A DNA stretch of 64,000 bases from Desulfobacterales bacterium (GCA_963674755.2 CAXXVS010000002.1:768001-832000); one strand, 5' to 3'; positions 40,127 through 49,469 are shown, counted from the stretch's first letter. The notes: generated from the sequence alone by a model not told the origin. Numbers and translations: made by a program.

Positions 40127-41128
40127 ATGATTGTAATACCTAAAGAGAACCCTGTTATCGCTAACTTAAACAGTTACTATGTTCAGGTTGATCGGCTTAT
40201 CGAGCACTTTCAAGGCGAAGTCGGGTGCGGTTGCTTGCATTTTCACTCACTATCGTCGGAAGGGATTTTGTTTTTTGATAAAGACGAAGTCCTCAACGGA
40301 CTATTTTTACAGAAGAAAGGAACAATATCAGGTAAGCCAGCTATTGACGCCCTAATCAAATCGTCTGCAGAAACCAATTATGCTTTAAACGTCTATATTC
40401 TACGGTCAGAAGATATCTACTTCTGGTCGACGATTCCGGAGGCTAAGAGAATTTATCAGGACCTTACCACGGAATTTACCGATCTAGAAGGTTTGATAAA
40501 AAAAATGACCTCCGAAGGGCTAACCGGGTTTATTGAAGTGGTTATTAAGGAAAACAATGGGGGCGGGCTCGTTTTTTTTAACAATGGCGGTATTTCCGGT
40601 GGCTCCTATTCATGGGGCAGAGGTGATAGTACCAGGGGAAAAGCTGACCATGACAGACTAATCCAATTAACCAAGGACTATGGCGGTGCTTTTCATGTGA
40701 GCCGTATATCGATGACCGGAAACGATAAGCCTCTTGAAGAAGACGTTGATCTGGAACCAGAAGAACTTAGTGAAAAGCCTTCCAGCAGGATTGTAACCGC
40801 AATGGGAGAAATGATTGCCATATTTGAACGCACTGTCAAATCTATGAAAAATGTGAATTCTGATTTTGCAACTATGTTAAATCGCAAATTTGTTGAGAAA
40901 GCAGATCGTTATCCTTTTCTAGATCCTTTTGCCGCCGAGTTCAAATATGCAAACGAGGAAATTGTTTTTGATGGTGTTACAACCGACGAGGAATTGACGA
41001 GAGGCATCCTGGAGTCTATTGCCGAACTATCCGTTGAGTTAAACGTCTCGCAACAATTCAAAAATAACCTCATCACATGGATGAAGAAATATAAGGAAGA
41101 GGTCCAAACCTACGGCATTAGCTTTTAA
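40127..41128 (+). CDS. Hypothetical protein with two tandem DUF4388/PATAN-like (DUF2226-like) domains
   Basis: Repeat 1 GCLHF...EGILFFDKDEVLNG; repeat 2 LTGFIEV...GLVFFNNGGISGG; C-terminal FLDPFAAEF helical domain. Confidence 0.7.
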   Translation: MIVIPKENPVIANLNSYYVQVDRLIEHFQGEVGCGCLHFHSLSSEGILFFDKDEVLNGLFLQKKGTISGKPAIDALIKSSAETNYALNVYILRSEDIYFWSTIPEAKRIYQDLTTEFTDLEGLIKKMTSEGLTGFIEVVIKENNGGGLVFFNNGGISGGSYSWGRGDSTRGKADHDRLIQLTKDYGGAFHVSRISMTGNDKPLEEDVDLEPEELSEKPSSRIVTAMGEMIAIFERTVKSMKNVNSDFATMLNRKFVEKADRYPFLDPFAAEFKYANEEIVFDGVTTDEELTRGILESIAELSVELNVSQQFKNNLITWMKKYKEEVQTYGISF

Positions 41129-41412
41129 TCGTCAGTCCAAAATCAGCTGTCTTTCGCTTCTTCATTGATATCCGAAATCCATAAAAGGGTTTTGGACCTC
41201 ATCCTTACAGAAGCCAATTATGATTCTGTTAAATGCTGAGGAAGGGGGCCGGAATGACCGGCTTAAAAAGTCTACAACCTTTTTACGGCAGTTTCCTTTC
41301 CAGTGGTTTGAAACGCTTCATCAATAAGGGAGTGCCTAAAAGGAATTGGCTCTATTTGCGACGTTTATGAGAATGGATGCTTCTCTCAGCTTACGCCAAG
41401 TGCTAGGACGCC

Positions 41413-42444
41413 ATGGACAAGACGGCATTTTCTAAAATAGATGCTTCCCTGAGAAGCTACGCGGAATTCGTAAGGAATTTACCGGTTGCCGTATATCGGA
41501 CCACACTTGAAGGCAGAATCGCATTTTGCAACGACCCCTTTGCACGTATTTTCGGTTTCGACTCGGTAAACGATGTCATCGGTTTTCCAGAAATTAAACT
41601 TTACCGCAACAAAAAGGACCGGGGAACTCTGGTGCAATCCGTCATGCAGCGCGGAATCATCAGCGAAATGCCAGTTGCTTTTACAAAACGCGACCACATG
41701 CCCATTTGGTGCGCCGTAACGACTAAAGCCACCATCGATGACGATGGTGAAGTGGCCTTTTTAGATGGACTTGTCAGAGATATTACTGGAGAAATTGAAG
41801 AAACGCAGCGTCATGATAACGGCATTGATCATATAAACGCGATCAATGTCCCGGCGTTCATTTTCGACGCACAAGGAATTGTTCTGGACGCGAATAAATC
41901 CGGAGCACAAATTCTTGGATGCCCTGCAAGCAATTTAAAAGGGAAATCCTTCGCTGATTATCTAACCAACGATGACCAACAGCTATTTTTCCTTTTTTTA
42001 GGTGATACAATCCGTATCGGCGGGGAAGAAATTATCCTTCAAATACCAGTCGATAGGAAAGAAAGGAAATATGTACGACTACATGCCGCTGTTGTAAAAT
42101 CGGATGGTGGCACGAGACAGATCAATTGCATCGTGAATGATGTTACCGAGCGTATAAAAACGATCCGCGAAAAGACTAACAGGGATAAATTTCAGGGCGT
42201 TCTCGAAATGGCTGGGGGTGTGGCCCATCGCATTAACCAGCCTTTGACCATCGTTAATAACATAATTAACGAAGCCTTCACAGGGCTTACGGCCGAAGAT
42301 CATCTTTATGATAGCCTTGTTAAAATGCGCACTCAAATACAGAAGCTGAATGAGATTACTAAAAAAGTCGGTAGTATAAAAAAGTATGAAGCGATCGATT
42401 ATGTCGCCGGGGTCAAAATTGTCGATATCGATAAGGCTTCTTAA
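41413..42444 (+). CDS. PAS-PAS-HisKA protein lacking the HATPase domain
   Basis: Two PAS domains (GRIAFCNDPFARIFGF; GIVLDANKSGAQILG, each ending in DIT/DVT); H-box MAGGVAHRINQPL; stops about 70 aa later with no N/G boxes. Confidence 0.82.
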   Translation: MDKTAFSKIDASLRSYAEFVRNLPVAVYRTTLEGRIAFCNDPFARIFGFDSVNDVIGFPEIKLYRNKKDRGTLVQSVMQRGIISEMPVAFTKRDHMPIWCAVTTKATIDDDGEVAFLDGLVRDITGEIEETQRHDNGIDHINAINVPAFIFDAQGIVLDANKSGAQILGCPASNLKGKSFADYLTNDDQQLFFLFLGDTIRIGGEEIILQIPVDRKERKYVRLHAAVVKSDGGTRQINCIVNDVTERIKTIREKTNRDKFQGVLEMAGGVAHRINQPLTIVNNIINEAFTGLTAEDHLYDSLVKMRTQIQKLNEITKKVGSIKKYEAIDYVAGVKIVDIDKAS

Positions 42445-42464
42445 AACAATTTAAGGTGAAATTA

Positions 42465-43487
42465 ATGATACGCAGTGTCCTTTTTGTAGATGACGACAGG
42501 GAAATGCTGCAGGCCCTGAAAGAGGGCCTGGAGAAGTATCGCGAAACTTTCAGTGTCGTATTGGCCGAGGACGGCACGGATGCGGTTGGCAAGCTTAAAA
42601 ACAACAAAATTTCGCTTGTCGTAACGGATCTAAAGATGCCGAACATGGACGGCTTTAGCCTGCTTGCCCACGTTATGGAAAAATATCCCGATATCCCTGT
42701 AATTATTATTACAGGGTACAGTACGTCAGAAATGAAAAGGCTGGCGCAAGAGGGAGGGGCCGTAGGCTATATCAGCAAGCCTTTTCTTATTGAAGACCTT
42801 GCCAAGCAAATTATGAAAACCTTACGGAAAGAGTCTGACGGTGGCACGTTGCACGGCGTATCCTCAGGCATGTTTCTGCAGTTGATGGAAATGGAAGAGC
42901 GAACCTGTACGATTCGCCTGACTGATCGCACAAGTCAAAAATCCGGCGTATTGTTTTTTCGCGATGGAACTCTTTTAGATGCACGGGCTGGTGACATGCA
43001 GGGTTTAGATGCCGCCTATGTTATTTTCAGCTGGGAAGAAGTGACCCTGTCCATACAGAATGAATGTCTGCAAAAGGATAATAAGATTAACTCCGACCTG
43101 CAACCGATCATCTTGGAAGCAATGCGGTTGAAGGATGAAGCCGAAGATGATGAGAATGAATTGGGCATAGATGAGACGATTGAAGAAATCGAGATTGTTG
43201 ACGCTGAGGAATCATTCGTTGACAAAGTAAAAGGGCTTTTAAACAAGAATGTTGGCGATCGCTGCGGGCTTGAAGATATTTACCAAGATAACAGTATGCA
43301 AAAAGTCGTCAATGCCGTTGCAGAACTGGGACCGATTTTCCAAATTGGTATGTTTAAAATTGGCTACCTTGATCATGGTGCCAATACCGACACCATCGTT
43401 TTGAACGGGAATCCGGCGACGACTATAAGCGTCAACCCGAAATGCCCTCGCGATAAAATTATTCAAGTGTTGAATGACGCCTTATAG
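42465..43487 (+). CDS. Response regulator: REC + DUF4388 (PATAN-like) + C-terminal domain
   Basis: VLFVDDD, LVVTDLKMP (phosphoacceptor Asp), ITG, ISKPF; G.L.GVS...FLQLMEMEERTC.....GVLFFRDG.L.DA DUF4388 pattern. Confidence 0.88.
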   Translation: MIRSVLFVDDDREMLQALKEGLEKYRETFSVVLAEDGTDAVGKLKNNKISLVVTDLKMPNMDGFSLLAHVMEKYPDIPVIIITGYSTSEMKRLAQEGGAVGYISKPFLIEDLAKQIMKTLRKESDGGTLHGVSSGMFLQLMEMEERTCTIRLTDRTSQKSGVLFFRDGTLLDARAGDMQGLDAAYVIFSWEEVTLSIQNECLQKDNKINSDLQPIILEAMRLKDEAEDDENELGIDETIEEIEIVDAEESFVDKVKGLLNKNVGDRCGLEDIYQDNSMQKVVNAVAELGPIFQIGMFKIGYLDHGANTDTIVLNGNPATTISVNPKCPRDKIIQVLNDAL

Positions 43488-43547
43488 ACCGAACATTGCG
43501 AATCGAAAATGGTGGTTTCGTCTATGATCTAGTAAAAAAGGGCTAAT

Positions 43548-43895
43548 ATGGAAGCGCATTTCAAAGATATTATGGCGATTAAAGGTGTTCAGGGTGTCAT
43601 TTTACTGGATGCCGACGGAAAGGTTGTTTTTGAGTCTGTGCCCTCTTTGCGAACGGAAATGAGACAACGCTATACGAACTGGAAAAAGCTCATCGATACG
43701 CTTGGAAACATACGGGAAGCCGATTTTGTATTTGATAACGGAAGAGTGTATCTACGACAGAGCGAAAATGGCTACTTGATTATCAGCATGCAATCGTTCG
43801 CTTCCATTGCGATGGTAAAGTTAAACTGCGATATTTTGCTTCCTCAGTTAAAATACGACAAGAGCAAAGGCTTGAAGGCTCTCTTTCGAAGATAA
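43548..43895 (+). CDS. Second roadblock/LC7-like protein
   Basis: IMAIKGVQGVILLDADGKVV...FVFDNGRVYL...GYLII......ASIAMVKL roadblock pattern. Confidence 0.72.
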   Translation: MEAHFKDIMAIKGVQGVILLDADGKVVFESVPSLRTEMRQRYTNWKKLIDTLGNIREADFVFDNGRVYLRQSENGYLIISMQSFASIAMVKLNCDILLPQLKYDKSKGLKALFRR

Positions 43896-44031
43896 TGATT
43901 GTTATTACAATGAATTTAGCCGGATAACATTGCAGAACATATTCGATGTATTTTCGATAATGAGTTGATGATAGTTACTATTGCCAGTGACGCATCAAAT
44001 TGCACTGGTCTTCAATTGTTGAGAGTGAAAA

Positions 44032-46413
44032 ATGCCTAAAGCGGAACAGTCCATAAAATCTGATACGAATGCTAAAATCAATGAAGCGGAAGTATGCTTC
44101 TCGATGGGGCTTCTTGATGAGGCATTAGCGATATTTAATAAAGTCCTTCAGGAAGCTGCTGATCTTGATGAAAACAACAGAGAAAAAATTGTTGCCAAGG
44201 TTGCGGAAATTAGTAAGCAAATCGAAGAACAGAAAAACGATGAGGCCGTGAGCGTTTCAACTGAAGAAATATCGATGTTGAAAAAGTCGCTATCCGGTGA
44301 GGAAGATGCAACCGCAATAATAGATAGCGCATCGGCTTTCAAGGATTTGGGACTCTATGAAGAAGCATTGTCGGAGTACGAAAAACTGCTTGTTTTAGAA
44401 AAACCGACGGAAAAAGTTGTCCCGGACATTGTTGACTGCCTTCTGAAATTATTTTCACCTAACGATTTATTCGATAAAATTCTTAAGATCGTGGGCGACC
44501 AGAGATTGGAGGCGGAAAAACGGGGAATTGCCAAATACTATTTTGGCCTTGAAATGGAAAAGCGTGACTATCGCGACTTAGGGTTAGACCTCTATGAAGA
44601 AGCAGAAAAAGATATTCCGGATGACCCTGAGCTACAGAAACGAATAGAAACGCTACGATCCCGGCTATCTAGTGGATCCAAGTATGATTTCCTTTTGCGT
44701 CAGCAGATGGTCACAACTGAACAACTTCAAAAAGCGGCTTCGCTTTCCAAACAGACGCGTAAAAGTGTCGAAGCGGTTCTGATTGAAAATTTTGGAATTA
44801 AAAAGGAAGATATCGGAAAATCCTTTGCTCAATTTTACGGCTGCACCTTTCACCCTTATGCGGAAGATTTGGTAACACCATACGAGCTTTTAGGAAATCT
44901 GAAAAAAGCCTTTCTGCTACATGAACTCTGGGTGCCGCTGAATTGGGGCAAAGATGGCGTCGAGGTGCTCGTAGACGATCCGCGTGATCTAAACAAGACC
45001 GATAACATCAAGGCCTTGATGAAAACCGGTAAAATCAACTTCTGTGTTGCGATCAGAGAAGACATAGAAGCTTATATCAAGCGGTTTTATTCAACTGATC
45101 AGTATAGCGATATGGGGCAGGGGGGGGAAGCCCTCGACAATTTCGACGACATCCTAGATGTGTCTTTTGAAGAAGAGGACGAGGTCGACGAAGCGATTGA
45201 CGAGCTTGATGAAAGCTCTAGCAAAGTCGTCAAGCTTGTTGATCAATGCCTCATTGCGGCCTATCGCAAAAATGCATCCGACATCCATATTGAGCCCTCA
45301 CCCCAAACCAAATCGACAAATATTCGGTTTAGAATGGACGGCGTCTGCCAGGATTATATCAAAGTTCCCAATTCGCTTGCCAGAGGTCTTCTGAGTCGAA
45401 TCAAAATTATGTCGAATCTTGATATCGCCGAGCGGCGATTGCCGCAAGATGGCAAAATTAAATTTAAAAGAAAGGGCATTCCGCCTTTTGAACTCCGTGT
45501 GGCTACCCTTCCAACCGCAGGCGGCTATGAGGACGCGGTTTTGCGAATTCTAGCTACGGCCGGAGCTATGAAACTTGAAGATATGGGTTTGGAAGACCGC
45601 AATTATAAAGTTCTCACCAGCGCCATCGCCAAACCATACGGTCTTGTATTGTGCGTGGGTCCCACCGGTTCCGGTAAAACAACCACTCTGCACGCCGCCT
45701 TAGGGCATATCAACAAACCCGGAGTTAAAATATGGACCGCTGAAGACCCCGTAGAAATTACACAACTCGGGTTGCGGCAAGTTGAAGCCAAACCGAAAAT
45801 CGGGTTGGATTTTGCGAGAATTATGCGCGCGTTCCTGCGTGCCGACCCCGATGTGATCATGATCGGTGAGATGCGTGACGAGGAAACCGCCTCCATCGGT
45901 GTAGAAGCTTCCCTTACCGGGCATCTCGTATTTTCAACCCTTCATACGAACAGCGCCCCTGAAACGGTTACACGGCTGCTCGACATGGGGCTCAACCCGC
46001 TCAACTTTTCAGATGCTTTCCTGGGGGTGTTGGCCCAAAGGCTTGTTCGGCGACTTTGTACATGTAAAAAAGAATATCATCCCACCAAGGATGAGTTCGA
46101 ACAAATTGTGGAAGACTACGGATCCGCTTATTTCCCGAAATCGGGCATTGAGTACAGCGAAGACCTCACGATCTATCGCGCGGGGAGCTGTGAGAAATGT
46201 TCCGGAACCGGATACAAAGGACGCATGGGAATCCATGAATTGATGGATGGCAGTAAAACCATCAAAAGACTCATCAAACAGGCCGCTCCCACAGACCAAC
46301 TTTTTGAACAAGCCATCGAGGAAGGCATGTCTACCTTGAAACAGGACGGCATCCATAAGGCCTTCAGAGGCATTACTGATTTGGTGGAGGTGAGACGCGT
46401 GTGCATCAGTTAG
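44032..46413 (+). CDS. PilB/GspE-family secretion/pilus assembly ATPase with N-terminal TPR-like region
   Basis: ASDIHIEP, LDIAERRLPQDG, GPTGSGKTTT, EDPVE, LRADPDVIMIGEMRD, TGHLVFSTLHTN, Cys motif LCTC...CEKC; N-terminal AEVCFSMGLLDEAL and ASAFKDLGLYEEALSEYEK TPR-like repeats. Confidence 0.93.
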   Translation: MPKAEQSIKSDTNAKINEAEVCFSMGLLDEALAIFNKVLQEAADLDENNREKIVAKVAEISKQIEEQKNDEAVSVSTEEISMLKKSLSGEEDATAIIDSASAFKDLGLYEEALSEYEKLLVLEKPTEKVVPDIVDCLLKLFSPNDLFDKILKIVGDQRLEAEKRGIAKYYFGLEMEKRDYRDLGLDLYEEAEKDIPDDPELQKRIETLRSRLSSGSKYDFLLRQQMVTTEQLQKAASLSKQTRKSVEAVLIENFGIKKEDIGKSFAQFYGCTFHPYAEDLVTPYELLGNLKKAFLLHELWVPLNWGKDGVEVLVDDPRDLNKTDNIKALMKTGKINFCVAIREDIEAYIKRFYSTDQYSDMGQGGEALDNFDDILDVSFEEEDEVDEAIDELDESSSKVVKLVDQCLIAAYRKNASDIHIEPSPQTKSTNIRFRMDGVCQDYIKVPNSLARGLLSRIKIMSNLDIAERRLPQDGKIKFKRKGIPPFELRVATLPTAGGYEDAVLRILATAGAMKLEDMGLEDRNYKVLTSAIAKPYGLVLCVGPTGSGKTTTLHAALGHINKPGVKIWTAEDPVEITQLGLRQVEAKPKIGLDFARIMRAFLRADPDVIMIGEMRDEETASIGVEASLTGHLVFSTLHTNSAPETVTRLLDMGLNPLNFSDAFLGVLAQRLVRRLCTCKKEYHPTKDEFEQIVEDYGSAYFPKSGIEYSEDLTIYRAGSCEKCSGTGYKGRMGIHELMDGSKTIKRLIKQAAPTDQLFEQAIEEGMSTLKQDGIHKAFRGITDLVEVRRVCIS

Positions 46414-46439
46414 AATTTCTGCACATCCGGCAATCGTTC

Positions 46440-46490
46440 AACGGCGAAGGTCTTCGGCACTATCATCAAACCCTTCGCCGTTTATTATTT
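46440..46490 (+). terminator. Intrinsic terminator-like hairpin closing the mgl-ATPase cluster
   Basis: AACGGCGAAGG...CCTTCGCCGTT stem followed by TATTATTT. Confidence 0.6.
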
Positions 46491-46500
46491 GGGATTAACG

Positions 46501-47229
46501 ATGACCGCCACCCCCAGTCTCCTGATGGACACCTCGCTTGATATTTTAAAATGGCGCCGCCTTCTTGAAGAGAGCGCATCCGTTTTCGATTTGCAGTTTT
46601 CCGAAACGCAGATCGCGTGCTTTTATCAGCATATGACCGCTTTGATGGCGTGGTCCTCGAAAATAAACCTTACGGCCATTGACGATCCCTATGAGATGGC
46701 CCTTAAGCACTTCGTAGACTCGATTGCGCCTATCCGATATTGTAATCCCATGTCACGCGTTCTTGACATGGGGGCCGGGGCAGGCTTCCCAGGGTTGCCG
46801 CTTAAAGTCTGGCATCCGGATATTGAGTTGACCATGGTGGACGCCGTTCGCAAAAAGGTTAGCTTTCTCAAGCATGTCGTTCGGCTACTGGGTGTGAAGA
46901 ACACCCGGGTTTTTCATGCACGTGTAGAAGATATCACGCACGATCCGACCTTTAAGGCATTCGACACCATTGTCTGCCGCGCTTTTGGCAGCTTGAAGTA
47001 TATTGTCGAATGCGCGCTGCCCCTGTTAGCGGGAGATGGGCAGATTCTCATCTGGAAAGGCCATAAACCTGAGAAGGAATTGCAGGTGCTGAGCCCCTTA
47101 TTGGAACGGTCTCCAGGCGGATTGTCGCTTCGAATGAAATTCTATCGATTGCCGCTTATTGAAGCGCAAAGAACCCTAGTGATAATAAGCGTTCAGCAAA
47201 AAGAAGCGAATCCCACCGCTATTTCTTAA
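46501..47229 (+). CDS. rsmG: 16S rRNA m7G527 methyltransferase
   Basis: W..KINLTAI, KHFVDS, LDMGAGAGFPGLPL, KKVSFL, CRAF. Confidence 0.93.
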   Translation: MTATPSLLMDTSLDILKWRRLLEESASVFDLQFSETQIACFYQHMTALMAWSSKINLTAIDDPYEMALKHFVDSIAPIRYCNPMSRVLDMGAGAGFPGLPLKVWHPDIELTMVDAVRKKVSFLKHVVRLLGVKNTRVFHARVEDITHDPTFKAFDTIVCRAFGSLKYIVECALPLLAGDGQILIWKGHKPEKELQVLSPLLERSPGGLSLRMKFYRLPLIEAQRTLVIISVQQKEANPTAIS

Positions 47230-47252
47230 CACCATCACCCGGAGAACCATTT

Positions 47253-48203
47253 GTGACAATGCCCCGACCTCACCAACAGCCCTATCCTCCCCGCAAGCCA
47301 TCGGCTCTGTTTCCCAGGAAAGCGTTGACCCTTTTTGCCAAGGGATTTTGTATGGGAGCCTCCGATGTCGTGCCCGGAGTATCCGGTGGCACCATGGCTT
47401 TAATTCTCGGCATCTATGAAGAGCTCATCGCCGCCATCAAAGCTTTCGATGCCACCTTTGTGCGCGACCTTCTGCAAAGACGTTTAAAAAAAGCCCTGGG
47501 CGCGGTGCCCTTTGCTTTTCTGATTTCTCTCGGCCTTGGCATCCTGACCGCTATTTTTACGCTTGCCCGAGGTCTGAGCTGGCTGTTGGTGCATCACCCC
47601 ATTGCGATATGGTCCTTTTTTTTCGGACTTGTGTTGGCCTCCGCCGTGGTGGTCGCCCGGCGCATTCAGCACTGGTTGCCGACAACCTTCATCAGTTTGT
47701 TGCTTTTCACAGCAGGGGCTTACCTGCTGGTGGGGCTGGTACCGGTCCATACGCCCGAAACGCTGCCGTTCATCTTCCTATGCGGGGCCATTGCCATCTG
47801 TGCCATGATCCTGCCCGGCATATCCGGTTCTTTTATTTTGGTTTTGTTGGGAAAATACCAATATATCCTGGATGCGGTCGGGCGGTTCGATTTGGTCGTA
47901 CTGAGCGTTTTTGCAGCAGGCACGGCTGTCGGCATAACGTTGTTCGTGCGCCTGCTCAACTGGATGCTCACGCATCATCATGACCTCGCAATGGCGGCTC
48001 TGACAGGCCTAATGATCGGTTCGCTTAGGAAGATCTGGCCATGGAAAGCCATACGCCATATGGCGCCCGGCAATTTGAGCGAGCCCCATGTGTTCGTCAA
48101 TATTCTCCCTGATCATGTGTCGACCGAATTGTTTGTGGCTGTAGGGCTGGCGATAGCGGGCGGGATGCTGGTGTTGCTTTTACAGCGGATTGCCGACCGG
48201 TAG
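47253..48203 (+). CDS. DUF368 family membrane protein
   Basis: GFCMGASDVVPGVSGGTMALILGIY and repeated AICAMILPGISGSFIL motif. Confidence 0.9.
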   Translation: MTMPRPHQQPYPPRKPSALFPRKALTLFAKGFCMGASDVVPGVSGGTMALILGIYEELIAAIKAFDATFVRDLLQRRLKKALGAVPFAFLISLGLGILTAIFTLARGLSWLLVHHPIAIWSFFFGLVLASAVVVARRIQHWLPTTFISLLLFTAGAYLLVGLVPVHTPETLPFIFLCGAIAICAMILPGISGSFILVLLGKYQYILDAVGRFDLVVLSVFAAGTAVGITLFVRLLNWMLTHHHDLAMAALTGLMIGSLRKIWPWKAIRHMAPGNLSEPHVFVNILPDHVSTELFVAVGLAIAGGMLVLLLQRIADR

Positions 48204-48353
48204 CCATTTGCAGGATGAATTGACGTGCTGATACCCTGACGCCGGAGCCTGCGGCAGGGTTATGGTATTCGGACCAACCATATCGGCGAATGCATTCGCA
48301 AGGATCAAGGGGCATGCTGTTTGCGGGATGGGCGCCTTGGGACGGCGGGGCAT

Positions 48354-48920
48354 TCAAAGGGATCGTTTGGAGGGCGCCGATCGCCGGATCTCATTGGCGT
48401 GCTCAAAAGCCATAATCGTTTTCAGGCCGGCATCATCAATACCCGGTACGGCGATGACCGGTCTTATACGCCGTGTCCAGCGTTTGAAGATGCCTGCACT
48501 GCCTTGCGTTTCGACCTCCAAAATCCCCAGCAACGTATAGGCGGATCTTGCGGCGCCGAGCAACTTCAGGATATCGGGAGAGCAGCGCAACGCATTGATA
48601 AACAAGTCAAGTTCATTACGGGTCCATCGCGGGCTGAAGACAAGCTGGCTCATTTTTCCGAAATAGCCCCTTAACAGCCAATGCCTGGCGCGGCGATTGT
48701 TCAACAACGCCACGGCCGAAAAGGCTGTTTGCACGGTGTCATCTTCAACGACCTGTCGGTTGTAGCTCAGATAGCGCAGATTCTGCGTTTCTTCCGGCAT
48801 GCCGCTGATGATAAGAATTTCCTTGAGAGAAGCCCCATCAGGTGTGAAGACACGATGAACCGCTTGGAGGAGATCGTCTATGAAATTCGCACCCATAGTA
48901 GTAAAAAATTCCTCCTGCAA
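48354..48920 (-). CDS. Hypothetical protein
   Basis: 188-aa ORF co-oriented with the upstream phosphoesterase; no recognised motif. Confidence 0.55.
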   Translation of the reverse strand: MQEEFFTTMGANFIDDLLQAVHRVFTPDGASLKEILIISGMPEETQNLRYLSYNRQVVEDDTVQTAFSAVALLNNRRARHWLLRGYFGKMSQLVFSPRWTRNELDLFINALRCSPDILKLLGAARSAYTLLGILEVETQGSAGIFKRWTRRIRPVIAVPGIDDAGLKTIMAFEHANEIRRSAPSKRSL

Positions 48921-48968
48921 ATGGTTTGCCTTCTATCTGAAGGATCTCAACCGCTTGGCTGAGCACGG

Positions 48969-49469
48969 TTAAAAATGAATATGACGATATGCAAAACGGT
49001 CACCTACGATTTCGATCTGCGCCATGCTGGGCTTATGCCCATCCCGCGGGAAGGAAGGGCTTCCGGGGTTTAGGTAGAGCACCCCATTTTGTTGCACCGC
49101 GGCCGGGCGATGGGTATGGCCGCTGATGACAATGCGAACATCGGCACTCGCCGGGTCGATGCTGATCCTATGCAAGTCATGAATCACATAGATGAGGATA
49201 TCACCCGCCTCCACAAATTCTTCATAAGGCAGCCCTTGCGACCATTGGCCCAAGTCCATGTTGCCACGAACGGCCTTGACCTTATCGGGTTTGCCAAGAG
49301 CTTGCAGGATCTCCGGTCTGTCAATGTCACCGGCGTGGAGAACAAGATCCATATGGCATAGACAATCCATCACGTTAGGGGCAAGCCGGCCGTGCGTATC
49401 GGATAGCACGCCGATGGTCAGCGGAGAGGGGCGGCCACTAGGATCGGCGTGGTGGTCTTTAAGGCGCAT
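48969..49469 (-). CDS. Metallophosphoesterase (YfcE/Vps29-like)
   Basis: SDTHG, HAGD, VRGNMD, SGHTH, NPGS motifs. Confidence 0.92.
   Translation of the reverse strand: MRLKDHHADPSGRPSPLTIGVLSDTHGRLAPNVMDCLCHMDLVLHAGDIDRPEILQALGKPDKVKAVRGNMDLGQWSQGLPYEEFVEAGDILIYVIHDLHRISIDPASADVRIVISGHTHRPAAVQQNGVLYLNPGSPSFPRDGHKPSMAQIEIVGDRFAYRHIHF

Noticed and set aside
41345..41360. TGGC...TTGC sigma54-like site upstream of the PAS-HisKA gene
   Set aside because: Only 8 nt between GG and GC instead of the required 10
35800..46500. Prophage, ICE or anti-phage defence island interpretation of the AT-rich block
   Set aside because: No integrase, att repeats, phage structural, nuclease or toxin genes; all recognisable domains are signalling or motor related
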